Source of the DNA: Enterobacteria phage vB_EcoM_IME341
Strand: one strand, 5' to 3'
Sequence record: MH051917
Length of the DNA stretch: 64,000 nt
Shown here: piece after piece, positions 18,765-27,983 of the stretch
How positions within the stretch are numbered: position 1 is the first letter of the stretch
How the letters are laid out: every line of letters begins with the position of its first letter
Notes under the pieces: model-generated
Told to the model about the DNA's origin: nothing
The model's database searches: none
The model's input: the letters and a program-made list of their open reading frames with translations, nothing else
Position numbers and translations under genes: made by a program

Positions 18765-19259
18765 ATGGATATTTTTGATATGTTACGTCAAGACGAAGGT
18801 CTTGATTTAAATCTTTATAAAGACACCGAAGGTTATTGGACTATTGGGATTGGCCAGTTGATTACCAAAAACCCTTCAAAAGATGTTGCTCGTGCCGAAC
18901 TTGATAAGCTTATGGGCCGGGTTTGCAACGGTCGTATTACTATGGCTGAAGCTGAACAACTCTTTAACCGATCGGTTGAAAATGCTCGTAGAGCTATTCT
19001 GCGTAATCCTAAATTGAAACCTGTTTATGATGTACTGGACGAAGTTCGTCGTTGTGCTTTAATTAACATGGTCTTCCAGATGGGTGAAGCAGGTGTAGCT
19101 GGGTTCACTAACTCTTTACGTATGCTCCAACAGAAACGTTGGGACGATGCGGCAGTTAACCTGGCTCAATCCCGTTGGTATAAACAAACTCCTAATCGTG
19201 CTAAGCGCGTGATTTCAACATTTAAAACAGGTACTTGGAAAGCATATGAAAACTTATAA
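18765..19259 (+). CDS. e: endolysin (T4 lysozyme, gene e)
   Basis: 164 aa; [54 protein letters not shown]; highly similar to T4 lysozyme. Confidence 0.95.
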   Translation: MDIFDMLRQDEGLDLNLYKDTEGYWTIGIGQLITKNPSKDVARAELDKLMGRVCNGRITMAEAEQLFNRSVENARRAILRNPKLKPVYDVLDEVRRCALINMVFQMGEAGVAGFTNSLRMLQQKRWDDAAVNLAQSRWYKQTPNRAKRVISTFKTGTWKAYENL

Positions 19260-19548
19260 TGAATTTATCACTGAAGCCCGCGTAACCGCAGGTAAATTAG
19301 AAGCCGCTGTAAATAAAAAGGCCCATTCATTTCATGATTTGCCAGATAAAGACCGTAAGAAACTTGTAAGCCTTTATATTGACAAAGAGCGTATTCTCGC
19401 TCTCCCGGGCGCTAATGAAGGTAAACAGGCCAAGCCTTTGAATTCTGTCGAAAAGAAAATTGATAACTTTGCTTCTAAGTTTGGTATGTCTATGGATGAC
19501 CTTCAGCAAGCGGCTACCGAAGCAGCTAAAGCAATTAAAGGTAAATAA
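19246..19548 (+). CDS. internal protein (ipII/ipIII-like) with capsid-targeting sequence
   Basis: N-terminus [13 protein letters not shown]; 100 aa; between e and denV where T4 has ipIII/ipII. Confidence 0.7.
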   Translation: MKTYNEFITEARVTAGKLEAAVNKKAHSFHDLPDKDRKKLVSLYIDKERILALPGANEGKQAKPLNSVEKKIDNFASKFGMSMDDLQQAATEAAKAIKGK

Positions 19549-19551
19549 CAG

Positions 19552-19580
19552 TTTACTTTTACAATAGCTGTGATATAGTG
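19552..19580 (+). promoter_or_regulatory. early promoter (GTTTAC / TATAGT)
   Basis: gtttacttttacaatagctgtgatatagt; downstream inverted repeat gtgttctc/gagaacac covers the denV SD. Confidence 0.45.
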
Positions 19581-19608
19581 TTCTCACACAAACATGGAGA
19601 ACACTAAA

Positions 19609-20025
19609 ATGACTCGTATTAACCTTACCTTAGTATCTGAATTGGCCGACCAACACTTAATGGCTGAATATCGCGAATTACCACGTGTTTTCGGTGCAGT
19701 TCGTAAGCATGTTGCTAATGGTAAACGTGTTCGTGATTTTAAAATTAGCTCTACTTTTATCCTTGGTACCGGCCATGTTACTTTCTTTTATGATAAGCTT
19801 GAATTTTTACGTAAACGTCAAATCGAGCTTATAGCCGAATGTTTAAAACGTGGTTTTAATATCAAGGACACTACGGTCCAAGACATTAGTGATATTCCTC
19901 AGGAATTCCGTGGTGACTATACTCCACACGAAGCTTCTATTGCTATATCTCAGGCCCGTTTGGACGAAAAAATTGCACAGCGTCCTACCTGGTACAAACA
20001 TTATGGCAAGGCTATTTACGCTTAA
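19609..20025 (+). CDS. denV: endonuclease V, pyrimidine dimer DNA glycosylase
   Basis: [35 protein letters not shown]... nearly identical to T4 endo V; ORF-track start 19594 is an upstream in-frame ATG. Confidence 0.95.
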   Translation: MTRINLTLVSELADQHLMAEYRELPRVFGAVRKHVANGKRVRDFKISSTFILGTGHVTFFYDKLEFLRKRQIELIAECLKRGFNIKDTTVQDISDIPQEFRGDYTPHEASIAISQARLDEKIAQRPTWYKHYGKAIYA

Positions 20026-20067
20026 TTAAATCCGTGATAGAATACTTCTATCAACTTAAGGAATAAT

Positions 20068-20367
20068 ATGAAAACTTATCAAGAATTTATTACAGAAGCC
20101 AAAGCTCCTAAAGCATTTCAAATTGGAGTTCAAGGCAATTTAGACCAAGAATATGTTGATGCTATTGTAGCAAGCCTCGGTAAACAGGGTGTACAAGTGG
20201 ATTTTGTTGATTTTACCAAAGGTAATACTTTTAATATTGTTACATCTAAAGGTTCTTTAGCTAAAGTTAAAAAGGCCTTTGGCGTAGCACAAGCATATGA
20301 AATCGACCACTCCGAATTGGAAAATAAAGGTCGCCAGAACACAATTAAAGGTTCTGGTTCTTTCTAA
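20068..20367 (+). CDS. internal-protein-like protein with capsid-targeting sequence
   Basis: N-terminus MKTYQEFITEAKAP; 99 aa. Confidence 0.65.
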   Translation: MKTYQEFITEAKAPKAFQIGVQGNLDQEYVDAIVASLGKQGVQVDFVDFTKGNTFNIVTSKGSLAKVKKAFGVAQAYEIDHSELENKGRQNTIKGSGSF

Positions 20368-20463
20368 TAAAGGCAAGCCGGCCCTCTCCTCATGAACGTC
20401 GCGTCCTCTGAGTGATGGACCTTTCCCTACCTGTAATAAGGTCGAGCCCAAGTGCGGTAAAGG

Positions 20464-20492
20464 GTTTACATACGGATACATGGACGAATTAT
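20464..20492 (+). promoter_or_regulatory. possible early promoter (GTTTAC, weak -10)
   Basis: gtttacatacggatacatggacgaattat. Confidence 0.3.
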
Positions 20493-20527
20493 GTGCCAAG
20501 GAACGGCCCCACCACTAAGAGACTACT

Positions 20528-21055
20528 ATGAAATTTTTAACTCCCATTTATCTAACCTTAATGCACGCCTTCGCTGAACGCGCCATTGAACGTTTAGACT
20601 CAGACCAATATACCTGGTATGAACCTGCTTCAAGAATGCAAGAGTTTGGTACTCTTCGACTTGATGGCGGACGCCAAACAGGTAAAACAAGTGCCCTTGC
20701 TCAGTTCGCAGCTGATTGGGTTTCCAAGGGTAATGATGTGATTGTTATGTCAAGTTCTTCGCATCGCTCGCGGGAAATCTGTAATATAATAAAGCGGGTT
20801 TCTAAGGCACAACCGCATCTTAATGTTGACCAACCCGGTTTTATCGTCTACGATACTGTTCGTTCATTTTTAGATGAAGATCATTTCCATAAGTACCGTG
20901 GGCTATCTGTTACCCGATTATTGATTATTATTGAAGAGCCGATGCGCCTTCCGGCAATGGATAAGTTCTATGAAGCTTATCAGGTAATGATTAATAAATT
21001 TATGTGCCAAGGCGACAAACCTTTACCTCTGTTCTTTGTGATAGGAATGCAATGA
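20528..21055 (+). CDS. P-loop NTPase of unknown function
   Basis: Walker A GGRQTGKTS; 175 aa. Confidence 0.55.
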   Translation: MKFLTPIYLTLMHAFAERAIERLDSDQYTWYEPASRMQEFGTLRLDGGRQTGKTSALAQFAADWVSKGNDVIVMSSSSHRSREICNIIKRVSKAQPHLNVDQPGFIVYDTVRSFLDEDHFHKYRGLSVTRLLIIIEEPMRLPAMDKFYEAYQVMINKFMCQGDKPLPLFFVIGMQ

Positions 21056-21348
21056 TGACTGATGAAGAACTTTTTGAGTTCTGTTATTTCTCACGTAAGG
21101 TTCGAAGAGAGGACCTTACCGCGAATTTTGAATATGCTTATTTTTACCCACTAGAATACGTGTTCATGACAGGGCCCTTTAAGGGCTCTCGTTTTAGATG
21201 TCATGCCCCAAGCATCCGATTAATGAAACAGGTTCCTTACTTTACCCTCGAGTTCATCTCAGGGCCTTGTAAGGGTATTATTACTCGCAGTCTCTTAACT
21301 TATGACCAAGAGATTCATATGATTTCTGACTGGAAGAAATATGTCTAA
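21052..21348 (+). CDS. hypothetical protein
   Basis: 98 aa from ATG overlapping previous stop. Confidence 0.45.
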   Translation: MMTDEELFEFCYFSRKVRREDLTANFEYAYFYPLEYVFMTGPFKGSRFRCHAPSIRLMKQVPYFTLEFISGPCKGIITRSLLTYDQEIHMISDWKKYV

Positions 21349-21559
21349 ATTGACAATTGAAGGCTCTGATGAAGCTCTGAAGATGTTTGTTGACTGGTTC
21401 CACGGACAGGGCGAACAAGGCTTTTTGGAATGTTGGGATGGCGGACGCTGGAATGGTAAAGAAACCGTTTATCCTAGCACATATATCTCTGTTCGTGGTG
21501 GATATGACGGGATTCATTTAGTTGAATACGATATTGCATCTGATGAGGAAGTGAAATGA
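21341..21559 (+). CDS. hypothetical protein
   Basis: 72 aa, overlaps previous gene end. Confidence 0.45.
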   Translation: MSKLTIEGSDEALKMFVDWFHGQGEQGFLECWDGGRWNGKETVYPSTYISVRGGYDGIHLVEYDIASDEEVK

Positions 21560-21834
21560 TTGAAGATATTAAGGGTTACAAACCACATACCGACGACAAA
21601 ATCAGTAAAGTGAACGCGATTAAAGATGCTGAAGTTCGATTAGGGTTAATCTTTAAAGCCTTGGAAGAAGAATATGTTGAAGCCTTTACATGCTCGGGTG
21701 TTGACAAAATGAGTGATGAAGAATTCAACCTCACCCATGAACGCCTAGCCCAGATTCGTACGGCAATCGAACGCTTGAAAGAAGCAAGCATGTGGGCGTG
21801 TCGTTCCGTTTTCCAGCCCGAGGAAAAATACTGA
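21556..21834 (+). CDS. hypothetical protein
   Basis: 92 aa, ATGA overlap. Confidence 0.45.
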   Translation: MIEDIKGYKPHTDDKISKVNAIKDAEVRLGLIFKALEEEYVEAFTCSGVDKMSDEEFNLTHERLAQIRTAIERLKEASMWACRSVFQPEEKY

Positions 21835-22043
21835 TGAAAATTGAAAGTTTACAAGATTTCCAGCGTATCATTGGTGAAGCCTGTACCGGCTACCACAAAT
21901 ACTTGCTTGACGACCAAATGGCTTGTCTCGAAGAAGGTGAAGTACAGTATGCAGCCCAACGCCTTGAACAAGTGAAAGAGTTTTATCCTGTATTGGTAGA
22001 AATTTGTTCAGCTGCTGGAAAACTTACCCCATTCCAAGAATAA
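21834..22043 (+). CDS. hypothetical protein
   Basis: 69 aa from ATG overlapping previous TGA. Confidence 0.45.
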   Translation: MKIESLQDFQRIIGEACTGYHKYLLDDQMACLEEGEVQYAAQRLEQVKEFYPVLVEICSAAGKLTPFQE

Positions 22044-22047
22044 AGCA

Positions 22048-22076
22048 GTTTACATCTCCTGTAGACATGATACTAT
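22048..22076 (+). promoter_or_regulatory. early promoter cassette with RBS-sequestering inverted repeat
   Basis: gtttacatctcctgtagacatgatactataaacctatcaactacaggag; arms ctcctgtag / ctacaggag (SD in 3' arm). Confidence 0.6.
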
Positions 22077-22104
22077 AAACCTATCAACTACAGGAGATTA
22101 CAAA

Positions 22105-22563
22105 ATGTCAGAAATTAATTCAGAAGTATTCATCCGCCGCAACAAATTACGTCGTCAGTTCGAAACCGAATTCCGTGAACTGAATGCGTCCATCAAAAAA
22201 GCCGCCATTAAGAGCGGTGTCCCAGCCTTCTTTATTAAGTACTCTAATCACTTGTTGGACCGTGCTATCCAACGTGAAATCGACGAAAAATACGTTTTTG
22301 CTTTATTCAAGCAACTCCATAACCATGTTAAAGAAATCCACGAATTCTTAATCCAGGAACCTCTGCCTGATGTAGAATCCGAAATTGTCCCTGGTAAAGT
22401 GTATCGTCCATTGCGTCTCGAAATTACCGATAAAACCTTATGGCTAGGTATGACAGTAGACCGTAAACATCCTGATAAAGGATATTCCCTTAAATGTCGT
22501 ATGGCATTTGTTAACTCTAAACGTTTAGAAGGTAAAACCAGCACTAAAGTAATCTATCTTTAA
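22105..22563 (+). CDS. hypothetical protein
   Basis: 152 aa after cassette. Confidence 0.5.
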   Translation: MSEINSEVFIRRNKLRRQFETEFRELNASIKKAAIKSGVPAFFIKYSNHLLDRAIQREIDEKYVFALFKQLHNHVKEIHEFLIQEPLPDVESEIVPGKVYRPLRLEITDKTLWLGMTVDRKHPDKGYSLKCRMAFVNSKRLEGKTSTKVIYL

Positions 22564-22575
22564 TAATGAGGTCTC

Positions 22576-23115
22576 ATGAAAAAAGTATTAGCCACTTTAC
22601 TATTGACAGTTAGTATGTCTGCCCATAGCGTAGAGCCTACTTTCAGTAATGAACAACTCGATAATTTACATTACGCGTATGCTTTCGGTGAACAATACCA
22701 AAAGTCGGGAAAGTTCAAAGAAAACCCTAATCAAAAAGGATTAGGATATATCATGGCCGGATTACTATGGCAGGAATCATCCGCCGGAATTAATCAAGGT
22801 TTAAATAAAGATAAGCACCATGCTTATGGCATGTTCCAAAATTACTTGCCTACGTTAAGAAGTCGTGTTCAACAGGTAGGTTGGAAGATGTCAGACAAAG
22901 AAATAATTCGTATGGTCCAAAAACGACAGAACAGTGCCTCTTGGGCCTACATTGAGCTGTCTTATTGGATTGATGTTCACAAAGGTGACCTGAGAAAAGC
23001 GATTGCTTCTTATAATGCGGGCTGGAACGTCAAAGCAGGCAGTAAGTATGCTTCTGAAGTTCTAGAAAAGGCCAATTACCTAAAATCTAAAAAGATGTTT
23101 GAGGCGGTATATTAA
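22576..23115 (+). CDS. secreted lytic transglycosylase-like protein (SLT domain)
   Basis: Signal peptide MKKVLATLLLTVSMSAHS; SLT motifs ES (WQESSAG), YGMFQ, ASYNAG. Confidence 0.65.
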   Translation: MKKVLATLLLTVSMSAHSVEPTFSNEQLDNLHYAYAFGEQYQKSGKFKENPNQKGLGYIMAGLLWQESSAGINQGLNKDKHHAYGMFQNYLPTLRSRVQQVGWKMSDKEIIRMVQKRQNSASWAYIELSYWIDVHKGDLRKAIASYNAGWNVKAGSKYASEVLEKANYLKSKKMFEAVY

Positions 23116-23472
23116 ATGATTAAGCAGATGACTATAGCGCTTATGTTGATCGCTCCGGGAGTATTAGCGTCACAAGTTGATGATAGCAATAATTCAATTG
23201 TTGAGTATGCTACCCGCACAGCAAAAGATTATTGTCATCCAAGTAATACTGAATGCGTTATCGAATTCAGTTCAAAAATCACAGCGGCTTTTAAAGATGG
23301 ACAGAACGACGTAGAGCATCGCAGAATGAAAGAGAAAACTCTTTCTAAAAGGTACGAGCAACGTCTAAACGTTACTGAATGTGTTCCATCTGATAAAAAG
23401 TACAAAGAAATGTGTGCGTCTATGGTAGACAGACTCGTTGACTCATACAACCGAGGATTAAACTCTAAATGA
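23116..23472 (+). CDS. secreted protein of unknown function
   Basis: 118 aa with N-terminal signal peptide MIKQMTIALMLIAPGVLAS, four Cys. Confidence 0.5.
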   Translation: MIKQMTIALMLIAPGVLASQVDDSNNSIVEYATRTAKDYCHPSNTECVIEFSSKITAAFKDGQNDVEHRRMKEKTLSKRYEQRLNVTECVPSDKKYKEMCASMVDRLVDSYNRGLNSK

Positions 23473-23936
23473 TTATTGATTATATTAAGGGCGATATAGT
23501 CGCCCTGTTTCTTCAAGGTAATAATGTTGCACACGGGTGCAATTGTTTCCATACAATGGGTTCAGGTGTAGCCGGACAATTGGCTAAGGCTTATCCGCCT
23601 ATTCTCGCTATCGATAAAACCACTTATTTAGGTGGGGTAGAAAAACTTGGCACGTTTACCCAAGCCACAGGTAATAATGGCCAAATTTGCTATAATCTTT
23701 ATACGCAATACGAACCTGGCCCTAATCTTGATTATGGTGCTTTAGTAAACTGTATGATAGAATTAAACCGTACCGCAAAGGGTCTTTTGTTTAAACCCAG
23801 AATTTATATTCCTCGCATCGGTTGTGGTATTGCTGGTGGTGATTGGGACAAGGTTTATCAATTGATTAATTTGTTTACTCCTGATATTAATTTAGTGGTG
23901 GTAGATTATGAAAGCCCATTACCCACATCCGTTTGA
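23469..23936 (+). CDS. macro domain (ADP-ribose-binding/processing) protein
   Basis: 155 aa; N-terminal glycine-rich loop NVAHGCNC...MGSGVAGQ and C-terminal GCGIAGGDW as in macro domains. Confidence 0.55.
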   Translation: MIIDYIKGDIVALFLQGNNVAHGCNCFHTMGSGVAGQLAKAYPPILAIDKTTYLGGVEKLGTFTQATGNNGQICYNLYTQYEPGPNLDYGALVNCMIELNRTAKGLLFKPRIYIPRIGCGIAGGDWDKVYQLINLFTPDINLVVVDYESPLPTSV

Positions 23937-24120
23937 CCCTAAAAACAAAGCGGAAATTATTCGACGCTGGACCGAAACCCGAGTAACCAAATGTCCTATA
24001 AAAAGTCAACACAACACCGATAAATGGTATATCGGTGAATACGTTGAATATACTTTTATAGATAAAAATAAACGTAAACATCATGTAGAAGAATATTGCT
24101 TAAAGGTGCAATGGCTATGA
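23908..24120 (+). CDS. hypothetical basic protein
   Basis: 70 aa ORF overlapping previous gene 3' end. Confidence 0.35.
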   Translation: MKAHYPHPFDPKNKAEIIRRWTETRVTKCPIKSQHNTDKWYIGEYVEYTFIDKNKRKHHVEEYCLKVQWL

Positions 24121-24302
24121 GTCTGAGTAAAGAACAGAAAGATAAATTGTTTGAGCTTATCCATGAGCTTTTGGATGAGCATACAGAAGCAAACGCCTTT
24201 TATGATGAATACGGTCCAATAGATGCCGAACATCAGGAAGAATTTGCCAATCGATTTGATGAGAAAGAAAATGAATTAATAGCTTATGTAAATAGTCTTT
24301 AA
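24117..24302 (+). CDS. small acidic protein
   Basis: 61 aa from ATG overlapping previous TGA. Confidence 0.4.
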   Translation: MSLSKEQKDKLFELIHELLDEHTEANAFYDEYGPIDAEHQEEFANRFDEKENELIAYVNSL

Positions 24303-24311
24303 GAAGGTAAT

Positions 24312-24884
24312 ATGGCCCAACTTTATTTTCACTACGCAGCAATGAATTCCGGGAAGACCGCTTCATTGCTAACAGCCGCTCATAACTACAAAGAACGTGG
24401 TATGGGCGTACTTCTTTTAAAGCCTGCGATAGACAATAGAGAATCAAGCCATAGCATTTCGTCTCGTATAGGGATTAGCCAAGAGGCTAATGCAGTGACT
24501 CCAGATATGGACCTATACGAGTTCTATCGTTGGGCTGAATCTCAAAAAGATATCCACTGCGTGTTTGTGGATGAAGCACAGTTCTTAGAACCAATACAGA
24601 TAAAACAACTGGCAAAGATAGTAGACAATTATAATGTTCCAGTTATGTGCTATGGGCTAAGAACTGATTTTCAGGGTAAACTGTTTCCTGGTTCTGCTGA
24701 ATTACTCGCTACAGCAGATAAACTCGTTGAGTACAAAGGTGTGTGCCATTGTGGACGTAAAGCTACTATGACGGCTCGTATCCAAGATGGTATCGCAATT
24801 AAGGACGGTGACCAAGTTTCTATAGGTGGCAACGATTCTTACGTGTCATTGTGCAGGAAGCACTGGATAGAAATAACGAGTTGA
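24312..24884 (+). CDS. tk: thymidine kinase
   Basis: 190 aa; P-loop MNSGKT, VDEAQF, C-terminal Zn ribbon CHCGRKA...CRKH; resembles E. coli Tdk and T4 tk. Confidence 0.9.
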   Translation: MAQLYFHYAAMNSGKTASLLTAAHNYKERGMGVLLLKPAIDNRESSHSISSRIGISQEANAVTPDMDLYEFYRWAESQKDIHCVFVDEAQFLEPIQIKQLAKIVDNYNVPVMCYGLRTDFQGKLFPGSAELLATADKLVEYKGVCHCGRKATMTARIQDGIAIKDGDQVSIGGNDSYVSLCRKHWIEITS

Positions 24885-24891
24885 GGGTACT

Positions 24892-25170
24892 ATGGACCTA
24901 AATTCAAAGATTTTAATTCTAGCGTTCGCTGTGGCTATTTCTTATATTGTTCTTTCGCCTATCATGGATGATGTGGCTTACAAAAGAGAGATAGAGGTTG
25001 TAGCAGCGACGTATAATGCTAATAATAAAGAATGCCCTAATAAAAATGGGATGGATTTAATTAAAGCGCATTATATGCTTTCCATTACCTCGCCTATACA
25101 GAGGAATTGGGTTGAATATAATTTTAACGACGTGTTCTATTCTTATTGTCGTAAGCTTAAAAAGCTATAA
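24892..25170 (+). CDS. small membrane protein
   Basis: 92 aa, N-terminal hydrophobic helix. Confidence 0.45.
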   Translation: MDLNSKILILAFAVAISYIVLSPIMDDVAYKREIEVVAATYNANNKECPNKNGMDLIKAHYMLSITSPIQRNWVEYNFNDVFYSYCRKLKKL

Positions 25171-25262
25171 ATAATAATACTAACCGTAGAGCTTTAGCTT
25201 TTGGTAATCGCTATCGGTTAAGGCCGAAAGGCAAATAGTATAAAACAACAAAGGACATTTGT

Positions 25263-25556
25263 ATGGATATTTTCCGTACAGCGGCTTGTATCCTTATGGC
25301 GGGATGTTTAGGCCCTTCAGTTTCACTAGCAAATGATACCAATGATAAATTGATGGACGCGTTTGCTAGTAGTGCGATGCCTGTTTATGCGCAAATGAGT
25401 AGACCCAGCGTAAAAGCCTCCGAAGATTATTGGGCCTATGTTACGGCTTCCTGGAAGAATTCAAGTTGTCGGACTATAGAAGCGTGCTCAATTGAAGGTC
25501 GTGCCATCGGAGAGCGTTATGCAAAACTAATGAAGGTAGAAGATGAAATTCAATGA
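25263..25556 (+). CDS. predicted lipoprotein
   Basis: Signal peptide with lipobox LMAGC. Confidence 0.5.
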   Translation: MDIFRTAACILMAGCLGPSVSLANDTNDKLMDAFASSAMPVYAQMSRPSVKASEDYWAYVTASWKNSSCRTIEACSIEGRAIGERYAKLMKVEDEIQ

Positions 25557-25926
25557 TTTCGTACCCGGTCGAGGGTCTGAAGTGGATTCTTATATTGGTT
25601 GGCTACTGGTTTCTTTAGCCTATTTTAAGTCAGCCCATTTAGAAACCAAAAGCTATGCAAGACACAAAGCGTATGACTTCTATTATGTAGAAGTTCAAGG
25701 ACCTCTGGACCAATTTAGTGAGCAATATCTTGGATTCAGTGGCAAAGAATATAAAGCATCATTACCGTCTGCTTCAGACTTGCCTAAGGACCCTGTAGAT
25801 TTCCTTGATGAGCTTCTTAAAGCAACTGATAAAATCTATGGCACTCTTCCTAAGGCCATCCAGTCGACTTTGGACGATATCACTGGCGTCTTTTACCAGA
25901 CTAAGTATTTGCTGACGTTAGAATAA
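25543..25926 (+). CDS. hypothetical protein
   Basis: 127 aa, followed by strong terminator. Confidence 0.5.
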   Translation: MKFNDFVPGRGSEVDSYIGWLLVSLAYFKSAHLETKSYARHKAYDFYYVEVQGPLDQFSEQYLGFSGKEYKASLPSASDLPKDPVDFLDELLKATDKIYGTLPKAIQSTLDDITGVFYQTKYLLTLE

Positions 25927-25930
25927 TCAA

Positions 25931-25957
25931 AGGTCTCACTTCGGTGGGACCTTTTTT
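25931..25957 (+). terminator. intrinsic terminator
   Basis: aggtctcac-ttcg-gtgggacct + TTTTTT. Confidence 0.7.
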
Positions 25958-25966
25958 CGTTTAGGT

Positions 25967-25995
25967 GTTTACATCCTCTAGGAACATGATACTAT
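25967..25995 (+). promoter_or_regulatory. early promoter cassette
   Basis: gtttacatcctctaggaacatgatactatagacctatcaactaatgagg. Confidence 0.6.
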
Positions 25996-26023
25996 AGACC
26001 TATCAACTAATGAGGAAAACAGT

Positions 26024-26260
26024 ATGAAACTTACAAGTACTACGGTTTCATTAGAATATGAAATCAACGGTCGTATCCTTGAGATTAAGATATTCGACGA
26101 CCGAAGTATCTTTGCCGATTATCGAGGATACAGAATTCGTCTGGAAAAGGACGAGCTCAAGGAACCGTGGCTCCTTAAAGACACATTAAAGGGTTGTGGG
26201 TGTAAACTGAAAACCACCCAAGCCCAAGAATTAATTTCTACTATCAACAAATACTGGTGA
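26024..26260 (+). CDS. hypothetical protein
   Basis: 78 aa. Confidence 0.5.
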   Translation: MKLTSTTVSLEYEINGRILEIKIFDDRSIFADYRGYRIRLEKDELKEPWLLKDTLKGCGCKLKTTQAQELISTINKYW

Positions 26261-26264
26261 TATT

Positions 26265-26447
26265 ATGTTAACTACTGAACAGTGTGCAAAAATTCTTAAA
26301 TTGGCTATTGAAATTGAAAGAGATTCTAACGACCTTGCGGTTGAGATGTGTGAAGGTTATTCATATTCCGGAATAGAACGGTGTAAACGAGATTTGGCTA
26401 AATCAAAACAGGCTTTGGTTGATTATTTAGAAGAATTGAAAGCATAA
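26265..26447 (+). CDS. hypothetical protein
   Basis: 60 aa. Confidence 0.45.
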   Translation: MLTTEQCAKILKLAIEIERDSNDLAVEMCEGYSYSGIERCKRDLAKSKQALVDYLEELKA

Positions 26448-26471
26448 TGGCTGGTGGCATAGGAGCATGAT

Positions 26472-26567
26472 ATGATTTACTATCTTGAACCTTGGGCTTG
26501 GCTAACAATGGCTGTAGGGCCTGTTTTAATTGGTTTATTCTTTTCATGGTTAGCGAGGAAACTGTAA
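26472..26567 (+). CDS. possible 31-aa hydrophobic peptide
   Basis: MIYYLEPWAWLTMAVGPVLIGLFFSWLARKL after SD AGGAG; TAATG overlap with next ORF; below ORF-track size cutoff. Confidence 0.3.
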   Translation: MIYYLEPWAWLTMAVGPVLIGLFFSWLARKL

Positions 26568-26764
26568 TGTTATACGATCCGAGTGGTTGTTCTGAAGATG
26601 GTATTATTGTTCTTTTGGCAGATGTTGAAGAATCTGACGATGATATCTTTGTTAAAGATTGGGAAGAAAAAGGTGGAATTACGCTCCAACAAGAAAATGA
26701 TATGATTTGTCTGAACGCAAGCCAAGTCGAAGAGCTTTATAGTATTTTAAAACACAACCGGTGA
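26567..26764 (+). CDS. small acidic protein
   Basis: 65 aa from ATG after SD GAGGAA (ORF-track start 26492 is TTG). Confidence 0.45.
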   Translation: MLYDPSGCSEDGIIVLLADVEESDDDIFVKDWEEKGGITLQQENDMICLNASQVEELYSILKHNR

Positions 26765-26767
26765 TTT

Positions 26768-26950
26768 ATGAAAACCGAAGAAAAGCACTTAAAGCTTGAA
26801 GAGCTTATCGAGATATATTCTGGAGCAGTGGCCAGATTTGAAACTGCGTTTTGCAACGATTACCCAGCTAGTGAATGCAGCAGGCTTTCTAAAGAAGAAG
26901 ATGAAGCTCTTAAAGAGTTGTTAAATTTTATTAAACAAAATGTGAAATGA
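26768..26950 (+). CDS. hypothetical protein
   Basis: 60 aa. Confidence 0.45.
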   Translation: MKTEEKHLKLEELIEIYSGAVARFETAFCNDYPASECSRLSKEEDEALKELLNFIKQNVK

Positions 26951-26960
26951 GGAACGGAAA

Positions 26961-27521
26961 ATGATTATTGAAACATCTGGGTTGTTTGGTGACCTGACCG
27001 CTGAAGTAGTTGATAATGCAATTGTGCTTTCACAAGAAGACGATAAAATCGTACTGACTATCCAAGATATCAAACCACTTTACGATTTAAAGGTTTTGGA
27101 CAAACACCAATATCTTAATGGTAGTTTTAGAGGTGTATTTAATATTAACGATGATATGTGGGCCCAGATTTATAACCATGACAACGGGTTTAATTTGGAA
27201 ACGGATAGGGAATGTCTAAGCATTAGTGATTCTGCTAATTTCTTTAAATGTATTTTTAAACTGTTCCAGGAAGAATGTAAGCCAGAAGTCGAATGGAAAG
27301 TCCCTGGCCAAGATGCGGTGATTCGTTCTAGTGAAACCTTTGAGGGTGACGAAGAAGAACTGGATTATGACACCGAATTGTCCGTGTATCAACACCAGGG
27401 TCGTGATTTGCTATCCTTGACCCAAAGACATGACGGTGAAAATGAAGTGGTATTTACTAAGGACGAGCTCAAGGCTTTAGTCTCTTATCTGAACTCTGTT
27501 ATCCCAACTATGAACTCTTAA
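26961..27521 (+). CDS. hypothetical acidic protein
   Basis: 186 aa, SD GAGGAA. Confidence 0.5.
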   Translation: MIIETSGLFGDLTAEVVDNAIVLSQEDDKIVLTIQDIKPLYDLKVLDKHQYLNGSFRGVFNINDDMWAQIYNHDNGFNLETDRECLSISDSANFFKCIFKLFQEECKPEVEWKVPGQDAVIRSSETFEGDEEELDYDTELSVYQHQGRDLLSLTQRHDGENEVVFTKDELKALVSYLNSVIPTMNS

Positions 27522-27530
27522 GGAAATATT

Positions 27531-27983
27531 ATGATTATCAATACAAACTCTTGGCACGTTAAATTACACGACCGTTTTTATGACCGTCATTCTCGACCGC
27601 ACTCTTTATGTGCTTACTTCTGGAAAATGGTTTGGGCCTGTTTTGCTTGTGCTGTTGTTGCAGGTAGTACGCTTTTTGGATTAACTGTTGCAGGCGCTGG
27701 TGTATTAGAGCATTTCTTTGTATTAAGTACCCCTGTTCTGTTGAGTCTAGGGTTTGTTTTAGGGTTGATTACGATAGCTCTTATTATTGCGCTATCCATT
27801 GGTTTGGCATTCGGTGCGATGAATTTACACGCATGGTATGATGCCCGTAGAGAAGAAAAGGAATGGCAACGTATTCAAGCTGAGCGTGAAGGCCGAGAAA
27901 CTAAAGAAAACGTTGTCATCCAATATATTAAAGCTCGTAAATCTAAGGTCTGCCCTGTAATCCACTTCGAGAACAAAGAATGA
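27531..27983 (+). CDS. membrane protein
   Basis: 150 aa, two long hydrophobic segments. Confidence 0.5.
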   Translation: MIINTNSWHVKLHDRFYDRHSRPHSLCAYFWKMVWACFACAVVAGSTLFGLTVAGAGVLEHFFVLSTPVLLSLGFVLGLITIALIIALSIGLAFGAMNLHAWYDARREEKEWQRIQAEREGRETKENVVIQYIKARKSKVCPVIHFENKE

